From positions 186,001 through 250,000 of the IMG/VR virus record IMGVR_UViG_3300020122_000238: a stretch of DNA of 64,000 bases, one strand, 5' to 3'. The stretch's first letter is position 1. Each line of letters starts with the position of its first letter. A program made the translations under genes and the position numbers. The notes under the pieces are model-generated. The model saw only the letters and a list, made by a program, of their open reading frames with translations. It did no database searches and was not told the DNA's origin. Shown here piece after piece: positions 45,165 through 54,240 of this stretch.

Positions 45165-45647
45165 ATGCCTAAGCTCGACAAGAAACTCCGCCTGGAAGTC
45201 GCACAGACCGTGCTCGATGGGGGGTCCGTCCTCTTCCTCACTCCGAACTCAGAAATGAATGACCGGGTTGCGGACCTCTTCAGGAAGGCATTCGTGGAGA
45301 ACGCCATGGATGTCACAGGCTGCGCGGAACTCACCGCCCGCAAGCTCATGAAGCCCGAAGGCGCAAATCCGAGCTATGTCCAGCTCGCGAAAGGCCCCGG
45401 GCATGCCTTCTTCCACCCGAACCAGGACATGACCGCCGACGAAGAGATCGGGAACCCCACCTTCGTCTACTGGCCGACCGAGGGCGGGGACTACCAGAAG
45501 GTGCCCTATAACACATGGAAGCGAGAGCGTCGGGCTCACCTCTGGCGGCCGGTTCACCTGAAGGGACAGCTCCTTTGGGAAGACACGCCGGCTGTGATTG
45601 CGGGCCCGTCGAATGCGTGGGCCAAGATCCTGGAGGATGACCTGTGA
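45165..45647 (+). CDS. hypothetical protein with C-terminal tag
   Basis: ends SNAWAKILEDDL; GGTGTA 45146-45151. Confidence 0.75.
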   Translation: MPKLDKKLRLEVAQTVLDGGSVLFLTPNSEMNDRVADLFRKAFVENAMDVTGCAELTARKLMKPEGANPSYVQLAKGPGHAFFHPNQDMTADEEIGNPTFVYWPTEGGDYQKVPYNTWKRERRAHLWRPVHLKGQLLWEDTPAVIAGPSNAWAKILEDDL

Positions 45648-45880
45648 CCCCAAGCGAGATGAAGCTGGCGGGCATTCTCCTGGAGATGGCGGCCGACGAG
45701 TTCGGCAATCACAGCTGCAACGACTTCAAGTTGCCACCGATGCCGGAGACAGCCGTGCTCACCCTCCTCACGGAGTACTACGCCCCGGATCCGATCCCTG
45801 AGCTTCAGAGCCCCATCCTCAACGACGCCATCCTCATGTCGATGATGGCCAAGAAGCTCCTGGTGGATGCCGGGCCATGA
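45644..45880 (+). CDS. hypothetical protein
   Basis: GTGA and ATGA coupling on both sides. Confidence 0.65.
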   Translation: MTPSEMKLAGILLEMAADEFGNHSCNDFKLPPMPETAVLTLLTEYYAPDPIPELQSPILNDAILMSMMAKKLLVDAGP

Positions 45881-46302
45881 GCACGACGGCATGGGACCTG
45901 ATCCTGAACGATTTCGATGAAATCGAAGACCGGATCACGGCGGCCTGCCTCGCCTGCAAAGCCCGAGGGATTGTTGTCCAGTCTGGCGACTGGGGCGTCA
46001 CCTATGACGAAGACACCCACAAGTGGGTCCAGGGTACACCTTGGCGGGAGAGCACCTCTCTCCCTGTGAATCTCCTCGGCGCCTTGTTGCTCATCGAGAA
46101 CCCTTTCCCCGAGATGTACGTGTACGAGAACCGCACATGTTACGCGCCCACCGACACGGTGAGTAGACTTTTGGGCGTTGGGATCGCCTGGACTCTCTCA
46201 TTCTTCGCGGGGTGGGATGCAGCTCGGTTCCCCTCTTCGGGAGTCAGGACCGCCTATGACTTCGGGCAGCGGTTGGCAACAGAGATTTCATGTCCTCTGT
46301 GA
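45877..46302 (+). CDS. hypothetical protein carrying the tag at its N-terminus
   Basis: starts MSTTAWDLILNDFDE. Confidence 0.65.
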   Translation: MSTTAWDLILNDFDEIEDRITAACLACKARGIVVQSGDWGVTYDEDTHKWVQGTPWRESTSLPVNLLGALLLIENPFPEMYVYENRTCYAPTDTVSRLLGVGIAWTLSFFAGWDAARFPSSGVRTAYDFGQRLATEISCPL

Positions 46303-46345
46303 AATCTCTGAATGTCCGGGATAATTTCTGGTGTACTACGAGAAT

Positions 46346-46669
46346 ATGACCGACCCCACTTCGATTCCGACCGCAACCGCAACTGCAACTGCAACCCCGA
46401 AGCGCATCAAGCGCCCGACCAAGAAGACCTCGGCGAAGAAAACCGCCAAGAAGGTGGCCAAGAAGACCGTGGACACCACCATCAACGCCGTGGCTGCGTG
46501 GGCGACCACCAAGGCCAAGGCCAAGAAGGGTGACCGTGCCATGTTCGAGGCTGCCGCTGGCTTCCTCAACCAGCTCGCCAGCGCTCAGGCGGCGCTCCTC
46601 GCGAACCTCAGCCCCAGCGTGCTGAAGGCCGTCAAGGATCGCCTCGCTGCACTCCCGTACGGAAAGTGA
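46346..46669 (+). CDS. basic Lys/Ala/Thr-rich (histone H1-like) protein
   Basis: KRPTKKTSAKKTAKKVAKK; GGTGTA 10 nt upstream. Confidence 0.7.
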   Translation: MTDPTSIPTATATATATPKRIKRPTKKTSAKKTAKKVAKKTVDTTINAVAAWATTKAKAKKGDRAMFEAAAGFLNQLASAQAALLANLSPSVLKAVKDRLAALPYGK

Positions 46670-46673
46670 ACGC

Positions 46674-46715
46674 AAAAAAGCCCCCGGAGCAGCACGCTGC
46701 TCCGGGGGCTTTTTT
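46674..46715. terminator. bidirectional intrinsic terminator
   Basis: perfect 20-bp inverted repeat AAAAAAGCCCCCGGAGCAGC / GCTGCTCCGGGGGCTTTTTT between convergent genes. Confidence 0.9.
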
Positions 46716-46719
46716 CATT

Positions 46720-47583
46720 TCAGCCCGCCTTCTTCCAGCCGTCTTCCGTCAACGTGACCCTGAACGTCCCCTTCGGGTTGTCCTTCGAGGTCCCGTTGTC
46801 ACGCTCGTTCAGCCAGAACCGGATGCCCAGCCCCGGCTTCTGGTGAAGAAGCCACACGAAGCAGACCCCGCCGCCATTCTCCAGCTCGCGAGAGACGACC
46901 ATCGGACGACCGTCGCGGTGGACCAGGATGCGCTCATCCGCGTCCTTGATGCGACGGAGGTTGTTGACCGTGCAGTTCGAGTTACGCGTGCAACCCGCCC
47001 GCTTCGCCGAGTGAATGACCGCCGTGCCGACGATCGTGTAGTACTTGCCAGCGATCTGGCAGGGAACCGTCTCGATGAAGGGGTGCTTCAACCCCTTCGA
47101 GAAACGATCCGCCGCCTCCTCCAGAGCCACCTGAAGGCCATCCTTCGGGGGAGCCGGAGCAGGCTCGTTCAGGTCCTCCAGAAGGAGGTCCATGTCCGCC
47201 GGATCGAGCGCGAGATTCACACCCGGGTTCGAGGGAGGAGTCTTGTCCTCCTCCTTCTTCCCCTGGAGGAAGTTCTGGAGAGCCTCTTCCGTCTTGGACT
47301 GGACAGGACGGAAGAGATTCCGGAGTGCCTCTTCCATCTTGTCCACGACAGGAGGAAGCTGCATCGCCATCGGAGGCTGCGGGAAGAGCCTGGATAGAAT
47401 CGTCCAGGCGTGGCGGTTCGTCTCCGCCGGGTACTGCTTGCCCATCGGCTCCAACATCAGCAGCTCCAGGAACTTGGTCCGCACAGCGTCCGCCTTGTCG
47501 GGCCGGAGAGCACCCTCCGAGACGAGAACCGTCGTGAGGGTCTGGAGTAGAAACGAGTTCGAGCCTTCCTTGATCTTCGCCAT
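46720..47583 (-). CDS. hypothetical protein
   Basis: 287 aa from MAKIKEG; GC3 bias. Confidence 0.7.
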   Translation of the reverse strand: MAKIKEGSNSFLLQTLTTVLVSEGALRPDKADAVRTKFLELLMLEPMGKQYPAETNRHAWTILSRLFPQPPMAMQLPPVVDKMEEALRNLFRPVQSKTEEALQNFLQGKKEEDKTPPSNPGVNLALDPADMDLLLEDLNEPAPAPPKDGLQVALEEAADRFSKGLKHPFIETVPCQIAGKYYTIVGTAVIHSAKRAGCTRNSNCTVNNLRRIKDADERILVHRDGRPMVVSRELENGGGVCFVWLLHQKPGLGIRFWLNERDNGTSKDNPKGTFRVTLTEDGWKKAG

Positions 47584-47709
47584 GACACACCTCTGTGTGA
47601 GTGTTTCGACCCTCGATCCCCCACTGAGGACTTCGAGGGAGGCCGAGACTCCTCTGAGCCCCGGTCGTATACCCACTCTACACCAGAGATATCGTGTCTC
47701 AGACGGAAA

Positions 47710-48009
47710 TCAGAAGTCTTCGTCTTCTTTTAGCAACCGCTCATGCCACGTCCGAATTTTTTGAGCCCGAAGTCTGGCGAGGGGGCTAGGAAACAGAACA
47801 TCATACCCACGCAACTCACTCCGGAATGGCCCTCTGTAGCCTTCTTTGAAGATGACACGAATTCTAAATGAGTCCCTCGTAAAAATGGACTCCAACACGG
47901 CTTCAACCATCGAATCAGAACGGAAAAGAGAGACAATATGACGGAAACGAGTTTTCTCCTCAATCGTGAAGGTAGGGAACTCCAAGTCCCAAACGACTTG
48001 ATTAGACAT
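47710..48009 (-). CDS. hypothetical protein with C-terminal tag (AT-richer)
   Basis: ends RTWHERLLKEDEDF. Confidence 0.65.
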   Translation of the reverse strand: MSNQVVWDLEFPTFTIEEKTRFRHIVSLFRSDSMVEAVLESIFTRDSFRIRVIFKEGYRGPFRSELRGYDVLFPSPLARLRAQKIRTWHERLLKEDEDF

Positions 48010-48010
48010 A

Positions 48011-48406
48011 TCAGTCCTCCAGGATGGCATCCCAAACCGTGGGACCCTTCAAAGAATGAAACTGGTTGATAAAGTTTACCCATGAAGTAATTCGGAATTG
48101 TCTTGAATCATCGTGACTATAAGACAGCCAGCCATTTTTGATGGTCATAACGGAGACCATGTTTTTAAAATGTGTGGGATCCTTGTCTACAAAAACGGCG
48201 TCATGGTGTACCCAATGAGGAACGGGGGTGCCTTCATATTTCGGATGGAAAGGCGACCAAAAACGCTCAACTCTCTCAAGAGAAGTACATCCTGGTCGAC
48301 TCTCCCCCACGGCCAAAAGCCAGAGCCCATTGTCCGAGAAAGCCACGACCTCCGCCCAATACCCGGGCCCCTCAAGTTCCAACCAATCCCCAATTTCGTA
48401 GGCCAT
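48011..48406 (-). CDS. hypothetical protein with C-terminal tag (AT-richer)
   Basis: MAYEIGDW... ends PTVWDAILED; GGTGTA (48416-48421) 9 nt upstream. Confidence 0.65.
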   Translation of the reverse strand: MAYEIGDWLELEGPGYWAEVVAFSDNGLWLLAVGESRPGCTSLERVERFWSPFHPKYEGTPVPHWVHHDAVFVDKDPTHFKNMVSVMTIKNGWLSYSHDDSRQFRITSWVNFINQFHSLKGPTVWDAILED

Positions 48407-48421
48407 ACAAGAGATTACACC

Positions 48422-48748
48422 ATGAAGTGGAACGTCGACAAAGCCCTGACCGACTTGGCGAAGTGGGCGAGCGATCGGGACACCTTGGCGGGCATCTCGC
48501 AGGTCTACGTGGACGCTTCGAGGGCGACAGAGGTTGGGGTGCATCCGACCCCGCCCGAGACGAAGAAGGGGGTCGTCTACGTCTGGAAGGTGTACCTGCT
48601 CGCCGGGATGAACATCCACAGTTTCTACGGCCGGACGATTCAGGAGGCCTACCACAAGGCTCGCCGGATGCTTCGGCCCCCGGTCGGCAAGTCGACCAAG
48701 AAGAAGGTTGATCGGTTCAAACGTCGGCGTGTAGGACACGAGCAATGA
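48422..48748 (+). CDS. hypothetical protein
   Basis: MKWNVDKAL...; GC3 bias. Confidence 0.6.
   Translation: MKWNVDKALTDLAKWASDRDTLAGISQVYVDASRATEVGVHPTPPETKKGVVYVWKVYLLAGMNIHSFYGRTIQEAYHKARRMLRPPVGKSTKKKVDRFKRRRVGHEQ
48708..48733 (+). promoter_or_regulatory. class I motif TTGATC-N16-TGTA
   Basis: 11 nt upstream of ATG 48745. Confidence 0.7.
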
Positions 48749-48990
48749 GCACAGTAGAATCCAAAGAGCCTGCCTGCTTCGCCATTTCGTTGGCAGTCAG
48801 TTCCTACATCGTTACCACGGCGGTCCGATCAGGAGGGACCGTGGTGTATGTCACAAAAAGTGTGGGAACTCACGCTCATCACAAGTACATCGGGACCTTC
48901 GGAGCTGAGGATGAAACTCCGGAGATGGAGCATCTCCGAGGCTACCGAGATTTACTGCTCGACACTGTCAAGAGGATGTTCGTGAAATGA
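48745..48990 (+). CDS. hypothetical protein
   Basis: 81 aa after a class I motif. Confidence 0.6.
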   Translation: MSTVESKEPACFAISLAVSSYIVTTAVRSGGTVVYVTKSVGTHAHHKYIGTFGAEDETPEMEHLRGYRDLLLDTVKRMFVK

Positions 48991-49265
48991 AAGAAAAAAA
49001 GCCCCCCATCTCTCTGAAGGCTGTCCGCAAGGTGTGCAGCTTGCCGGGGAACAAGGCAAGCGTCGCCTGGTGGGATGACACGCTTCACGTCTGGTGGTAC
49101 AAGCCTTTGAGCATCGAAGCCGCACAGGGGCGCCTGAACAAGCTTCTGGACGACAAGGATGTGCATGACGGGCGTTGCCCCTACGCCCTGAGCCCCAAGC
49201 CGGGGGCTCGTCCCGCCCTCACGGTCGACGACGTGTACACGCCTCCGAAGCACATCCTGGAGTAA
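48987..49265 (+). CDS. hypothetical protein
   Basis: ATGA coupling with the upstream ORF. Confidence 0.65.
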   Translation: MKEKKPPISLKAVRKVCSLPGNKASVAWWDDTLHVWWYKPLSIEAAQGRLNKLLDDKDVHDGRCPYALSPKPGARPALTVDDVYTPPKHILE

Positions 49266-49348
49266 GAATTTTGGGTACGCGAGCCTGAATCCCTATATGG
49301 TCAAGACTCGCGTACGTCGTCCGGTGGACCTTCCCAGTAATGGGTGAG

Positions 49349-49684
49349 CTACGATGCTCTTGAGCCATTCGACCGCGGAATCAACAGCGGGCAAACCCGG
49401 CGGGCGTGGTGGAAAGCCACGCCATTTTCTCTAGAACTCCTCGTCGAGCCTCTCCCACCCCGTGAGATACGGGAGTTTCGGTGGGGTGAGTGGCGGGGTT
49501 CAGGATTGGAGCAAGGCTCCACAAGAATCGAACCTACCCCGATTGGGAAGTAGGTTGCTATCTCCTTCGAACAACGCGTGCAGATGTAGAAGTGCTTTGC
49601 CCAAAGCCCAATCGCACCGGACTCAACCTGAGTCCGGTGCGATTGGGGGCAAAAGAGGTGCCCAGCGTTATACGTCGTCGCCAT
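49349..49684 (-). CDS. possible Zn-ribbon protein containing an internal palindrome
   Basis: FCPQ...YICTRC; overlaps the stop of the upstream gene. Confidence 0.4.
   Translation of the reverse strand: MATTYNAGHLFCPQSHRTQVESGAIGLWAKHFYICTRCSKEIATYFPIGVGSILVEPCSNPEPRHSPHRNSRISRGGRGSTRSSRENGVAFHHARRVCPLLIPRSNGSRAS
49607..49647. repeat. perfect 19-bp inverted repeat
   Basis: CCCAATCGCACCGGACTCA-ACC-TGAGTCCGGTGCGATTGGG. Confidence 0.9.
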
Positions 49685-50033
49685 CAAGATGCTCCCAAAC
49701 CGTGGGGTTGGTCTCTGGCAGCTTCGGTTGAGCTTGCGCCATCGGGGGCAGAGTTGTTCTCAGAACGAGGCTCAGAAGCTCTGAATCACCCCGCGGTCGA
49801 GCTTGTGCCTGAAGCTGGGCTCGTAGCTCCCTGCGTTCTCGGATGATCCTCTCCAGGACCTCGACGGAGTTCTCGTCGCTGTCTTCCGCGTACCTTTGCA
49901 GACGTTCCGTGAGCTGCTTGAGGAGGACTGCATCTTCAGACTCCGTGTGAACGTAGGCAAGGAGCTTGCCTACGCCAATTGCTATCGCAATGAGCAGCAC
50001 CGCGAGACCAAGGGTAACAATGAAAGCGATCAT
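49668..50033 (-). CDS. membrane-anchored coiled-coil protein with C-terminal tag
   Basis: N-terminal TM; ends PTVWEHLDGDDV. Confidence 0.7.
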   Translation of the reverse strand: MIAFIVTLGLAVLLIAIAIGVGKLLAYVHTESEDAVLLKQLTERLQRYAEDSDENSVEVLERIIRERRELRAQLQAQARPRGDSELLSLVLRTTLPPMAQAQPKLPETNPTVWEHLDGDDV

Positions 50034-50422
50034 CCGATCTCCTCTTCATCCGAGAGCAAGGCCGCAGCTCCCGCCGGTTGCGGGGGAGGAGTAGGTTCTT
50101 CAAACACATCTCCTCCCGCCCAGACCACTTCACCCCCACGAGTACAAATATAGCCAAAGCAAGAGGCCTTAAGCCCCCTCACGATTTCCCGAGTGTCATC
50201 GAGAACCTGACTGTGAGGTGGCGTCTCGTTGCCATCCTTGAAGGTTGTCCCTGTCCCCCCCACAGTCAGAGACAGGAGAGCAGAGTACTTGGTGTTCTGC
50301 GAGAGCTTCTTGGTTGATGCGAGGGCGCCCACTGTATACCCTTTGGCCACCAATCCCGCAATAATGCGAGGGATGTGCATCTCGGATATGAGGGTCACCC
50401 AAAGTCGACACGTAGCTTCCAT
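50030..50422 (-). CDS. hypothetical protein
   Basis: 130 aa; ends ALLSDEEEIG; ATGA coupling. Confidence 0.6.
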   Translation of the reverse strand: MEATCRLWVTLISEMHIPRIIAGLVAKGYTVGALASTKKLSQNTKYSALLSLTVGGTGTTFKDGNETPPHSQVLDDTREIVRGLKASCFGYICTRGGEVVWAGGDVFEEPTPPPQPAGAAALLSDEEEIG

Positions 50423-50498
50423 GACGTCTCCAAAAAAAGGAAGGTCTGTCCCGCTTTCGGGACAGACCTTCCTTACACCTCAACCAGAGCGAACCTGC

Positions 50499-51665
50499 TT
50501 ACCAGTCGGAGCCGCCGCCGCTGGAGTCCGAGCTGGACGATGAGTCCGAGCTGGACGATGAGTCCGAGCTGCTTCCTCCGCGGTCCGAGGGCGGAGAAGT
50601 CGAGGAGACCCAGTTCGAGGACCCGCCACCCGCATCGTAGCTCGAAGAACCTCCCGAGCTGGGCTCGTAGCTCGGCGTGGGCGTGTAGCTGTGACGTTGG
50701 ATCGGAACCTCACGCTCGATGTACACGTCCCGCTCGACGACGCGACCCCGATCCCGATGCAAGGCATCTCCGATGAGCATGCCCGTGAGCAGGTCGTTGC
50801 CATTCGAGCCGTAGTGGCCACCGTACCCGCCGTTGTTGTTGATGACCGTCGTGGAACTCGATGCAGCGGCAGCCGCGGGAGCCGGCTGGATGTAGGTGGG
50901 AGCCGCGACCCGGCGAGGAATGGGGGTGCTCGCCACGTTGTAGTCACCTCGGCCGATGCCACCCGTCCTCGCCCTGGCGGCCCCTGCTGAGGCGCTGGCT
51001 GTCGCCGTGGACTTCCGGATACCCTCGGCCCACGCACCTTCCTCGATGTTCCGCGAGCGCATTTCCTGAGCTTCCTCGCGGGTTTCGTTCAACACGGCCT
51101 GGTAGCGGGCCTGATCCGCCTGCGACTTGCGGTACAGGTAGATGGCGAACCAGACGAGCGAGCCGACACCGAGGAGGATGAGAGCCCAGCCACCGACACC
51201 GAGGCCTTCATGCACGACGATCGGGGGCGGGGGAGCGAGAGTCCCGCTGGTCGTCCTGGTCGACACATCGGCACGGGCTCCGATGGCCGTGAGTCCGCCC
51301 ACCCAGTTCTTCTCGCGAAAGGCCGGATTGCCCGCGGCGAAGATGGAGTCCTGATCGAGGGCCTTCACCGGGACGCCGACCCCGAACCGAACGATCGTCG
51401 AGTGATGGTCCGGATCGAGCGCGATGACGATGACGTTGGGCGAGTCCACCCAGGCTTTGGCCGCGCTGACGAGCGCTTCCTTGGCGGGCGAAACCCGGAT
51501 GAGGACATGGGTCTCGAAGGACCAGCTCGACCCTCTGGCCTGGAGGTTCGCGACATCAGCCGACGAAAGCAGATGCGCCTCATCGTTGACGACGACATGT
51601 CCAGCCATGGCGGACAAGGTCCAGAAGAAGACGGCGAATGCGAGGGAAATGCTGTGTTTTTTCAT
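50499..51665 (-). CDS. TPM (DUF477-like) domain membrane protein with Gly/Ser-rich tail
   Basis: signal peptide, VNDEAHLLS, one TM, C-terminal SSGGGSDW tail. Confidence 0.7.
   Translation of the reverse strand: MKKHSISLAFAVFFWTLSAMAGHVVVNDEAHLLSSADVANLQARGSSWSFETHVLIRVSPAKEALVSAAKAWVDSPNVIVIALDPDHHSTIVRFGVGVPVKALDQDSIFAAGNPAFREKNWVGGLTAIGARADVSTRTTSGTLAPPPPIVVHEGLGVGGWALILLGVGSLVWFAIYLYRKSQADQARYQAVLNETREEAQEMRSRNIEEGAWAEGIRKSTATASASAGAARARTGGIGRGDYNVASTPIPRRVAAPTYIQPAPAAAAASSSTTVINNNGGYGGHYGSNGNDLLTGMLIGDALHRDRGRVVERDVYIEREVPIQRHSYTPTPSYEPSSGGSSSYDAGGGSSNWVSSTSPPSDRGGSSSDSSSSSDSSSSSDSSGGGSDW
50524..50571. repeat. 18-bp tandem repeat (about 2.7 copies) encoding a Ser-rich tail
   Basis: unit GAGTCCGAGCTGGACGAT. 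Confidence 0.85.
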
Positions 51666-51679
51666 GTCTTCTCTTCAAT

Positions 51680-52786
51680 CTACACCAGCTTGAGATCAAC
51701 CGAAGCGCGTTCAAGAGAGTCGAACGATGCCCTCAAATCCCCGACACCACCACGGTAGGCGAGAGCGTAAGGGGTAGGGTTGTCCCCAGCGGCATCCGTC
51801 AGTTTTTTGGAAACGGCGTGCCCGATCAGACCTTCCAAGATGATCATGGCACCCACACCCCCATTTCGGATCTTATGCGCGAGGTTGGATGATATCTTGT
51901 GCCCGCCGTTGTCGGTGGGATACCATTCGGCCTCGATGTTGAAGCGCTCCCGAATCGTCCGGAGCTTCTCGTCTTTGACGATGCCCCCGATGATGACGAG
52001 CGGCTTGTTTTGAAGCCGGGCCCTGAGCGTGGGCCATTCCCCAGGGGTGACTGTCTTCGCGAGGATCACATCTTCTTCCCCCTCGAAGGCGGCGAGCTTC
52101 TCCCTGGATTCGCGGGCGATCCTATCCCAGTCGTCGTTATGATCCTTCGCGAGTCCTCGTACGTAGTTGTGGGGGCAGTTGTCCCCACGGACCTTGGAGA
52201 GCAGGGGGATCGAGCGTTCGACCTGCCAGAACAGGTGATGGGTTGAGGGCAGCCGCGTCAACATCTGGCGCACCTCAGCCGTGAGAGCCTGCACGTAGGT
52301 TTGGATCTGAGCAGGGGGTTTCTTCCGAAGATCTGACGTGGCGAAATCCTCGATCTCATCGAGGATCCTCTGTGCACTATGTGCGAGAGGATCTTCCTCG
52401 ACTGCCGGGTCTTCGTGCGGGGGTGCCTGGGGTGGGAGGACCACCTTGACAGGAGGCACCTCTACCACCTTGACAGGGACAGGCGAGGCTTTCAGCTCTT
52501 GCGGGGGAGCTTGAAACGGAACCGCACCGATCAACTCCAGAAGGCTTGTCAACGCATCGCATAGTTTGAGACGCTCTGCATCGATGATTGAAGGCGCTGG
52601 AGTGGACGCTTCCTGTTTGATGGCCGCGAGCATGGCGGCGATCGTTCGTTGTTCCGCATCCTCTCTGTGCGCGACCTCGAAGGAGGTGAGTCGTTCGCGG
52701 AGACATGCGACCATGTCAGATATCGGCCGCACCTCGGCTTCGACGCTGAGAGCACAGGCATTGTATAGTAAATTGGGCAGTTCCAT
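51680..52786 (-). CDS. helical protein with C-terminal DUF2325-like domain
   Basis: LVIIGG...AMIILEGLIGHAVSKKL; start uncertain; ends GTG TAG inside GGTGTA. Confidence 0.6.
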   Translation of the reverse strand: MELPNLLYNACALSVEAEVRPISDMVACLRERLTSFEVAHREDAEQRTIAAMLAAIKQEASTPAPSIIDAERLKLCDALTSLLELIGAVPFQAPPQELKASPVPVKVVEVPPVKVVLPPQAPPHEDPAVEEDPLAHSAQRILDEIEDFATSDLRKKPPAQIQTYVQALTAEVRQMLTRLPSTHHLFWQVERSIPLLSKVRGDNCPHNYVRGLAKDHNDDWDRIARESREKLAAFEGEEDVILAKTVTPGEWPTLRARLQNKPLVIIGGIVKDEKLRTIRERFNIEAEWYPTDNGGHKISSNLAHKIRNGGVGAMIILEGLIGHAVSKKLTDAAGDNPTPYALAYRGGVGDLRASFDSLERASVDLKLV

Positions 52787-52862
52787 TGTTTCCCGAGTTA
52801 CCTTTGAAAGGTGTACAATGTAGGCAAAAATGGCCTCGTTGAGGTTCTCCCTTCTATACACC

Positions 52863-52893
52863 GGGGAGCCCTGGGGGTAAAACAGGGCTCCCC
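52863..52893. repeat. 11-bp stem-loop between divergent GGTGTA motifs
   Basis: GGGGAGCCCTG-N9-CAGGGCTCCCC. Confidence 0.7.
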
Positions 52894-52935
52894 GCACGTC
52901 GACCTAGAATACAAATTGCCGGTGTATAGGCCAAC

Positions 52936-53325
52936 ATGTCCGACGACGACTTGGAAGAATACTGGGAGGTCAGTGTCCTCCCTCCCCGCCCTCCTGGTCT
53001 TCTCCAACCTTTGGGCCCTCCGGAAGGATCTGGAGGGCCTCTCTATATTTTTGGAAAGGCCTCTGTGCTCTATTTGGAGGTAGGGGCCGCAAATTGCGAG
53101 CGCTTTGGAGACCGGCAACCCATTACGATGACCCCCGTATCTGACACAGGGGGCACGCAATGGCGACTCAGCCCGGAATTCCGATTTACACGATCAGCAC
53201 TCATCTCAAGGTTCGATCTTTGGGATAATCCAAGCGGCGGGCGCAAGCTATACACCTCTGACTTCGAGCCTCTCAACGTTGGCCCTGAGTATACATTCAC
53301 CTTCCACCTGAATATTAAAATTTGA
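52936..53325 (+). CDS. tail-fibre-associated-like beta protein with N-terminal acidic-YW-Pro tag
   Basis: MSDDDLEEYWEVSVLPPRPP; LWDNPSGGRKLY is similar to ORF 59224. Confidence 0.65.
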   Translation: MSDDDLEEYWEVSVLPPRPPGLLQPLGPPEGSGGPLYIFGKASVLYLEVGAANCERFGDRQPITMTPVSDTGGTQWRLSPEFRFTRSALISRFDLWDNPSGGRKLYTSDFEPLNVGPEYTFTFHLNIKI

Positions 53326-53326
53326 C

Positions 53327-53608
53327 ATGCCTACCGATCGCCAAACCCTCGTCGCTGTTCTATCGCTCCCTCCGGGCAAGCTATCCCCGCGAGAGAAGAC
53401 CATCTTCACGCAGTGGCTCGATACTCTCGACGCTGGAGTCATCGCCCTGACCAAGGGGCAGCGAAAGTGGGTGGATGATGTCTTCGTGAAAAATGAGCTA
53501 GACAAGGGGGAGCGGCCTCCCCCCAAGCCGCTGAAGGGGCGCATCAAGAATGAGCAGCCCCTCGACAAGATGCCCCGACCTCTGCGTCCCCCGGGGCGAT
53601 CGAAATGA
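53327..53608 (+). CDS. hypothetical protein
   Basis: 93 aa; GC3 bias. Confidence 0.7.
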   Translation: MPTDRQTLVAVLSLPPGKLSPREKTIFTQWLDTLDAGVIALTKGQRKWVDDVFVKNELDKGERPPPKPLKGRIKNEQPLDKMPRPLRPPGRSK

Positions 53609-54240
53609 GCGGTACCCATGAAAATCTCATGGGGCAGGTCTTCGGTCGCCTCACGGTAATCGCGGGCCCGACCCATAAACGTGGGCGCACAGCCTGGATG
53701 TGTCTGTGCTCATGCAGCAAACGAAACTCTTTTATCGTTTGCTCGAAAGAGTTGAAGATGGGGCAGTCCACCTCATGCGGTTGCATCAAGGATGAGCTTC
53801 ATCGCGTCCGCCTCGCAACACATGGGATGTCCGAAACCCCTGAATACCGTGCCTGGCAGCTCATCAAGAACAGATGTGGAAACCCCAAGGCAAGAGAGTA
53901 CCTCTACTACGGGGGACGGGGAATCAAGCTATACGACGCCTGGCAGACCTCCTTTGTGCTATTCCACACACATCTTGGGCCAAGACCCTCACCCCTACAT
54001 TCTGTGGATCGGCATCCCGACATGAATGGGGACTATGCACCTGGTAACGTTCGATGGGCAACCTCCAAAGAGCAGAACAGAAATCGTAGAAACAACGTAC
54101 TAATCGTAGTTGGCGGGCGCACAATAACGTTGGCACAGGCTGCCGAAGAAGCTGGCCTCCCTTACGGTCTGGTGTATCGAAGATTCGTCAGAGATAAATT
54201 TACACCTGAATTGACTCTCAAACCTCCTGGACGAAAATGA
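53605..54240 (+). CDS. free-standing HNH homing endonuclease
   Basis: WMCLCSC, SCGC, YGGRGI, SVDR...NGDYAPGNVRWAT.KEQNRN; paralogue of 29898; ATGA-coupled on both sides. Confidence 0.85.
   Translation: MSGTHENLMGQVFGRLTVIAGPTHKRGRTAWMCLCSCSKRNSFIVCSKELKMGQSTSCGCIKDELHRVRLATHGMSETPEYRAWQLIKNRCGNPKAREYLYYGGRGIKLYDAWQTSFVLFHTHLGPRPSPLHSVDRHPDMNGDYAPGNVRWATSKEQNRNRRNNVLIVVGGRTITLAQAAEEAGLPYGLVYRRFVRDKFTPELTLKPPGRK

Noticed and set aside
49275-49400. tRNA gene
   Set aside because: No T-loop GTTCRA, D-arm or acceptor-stem geometry. I found no tRNA by eye anywhere in the window; tRNAscan/ARAGORN would be decisive.
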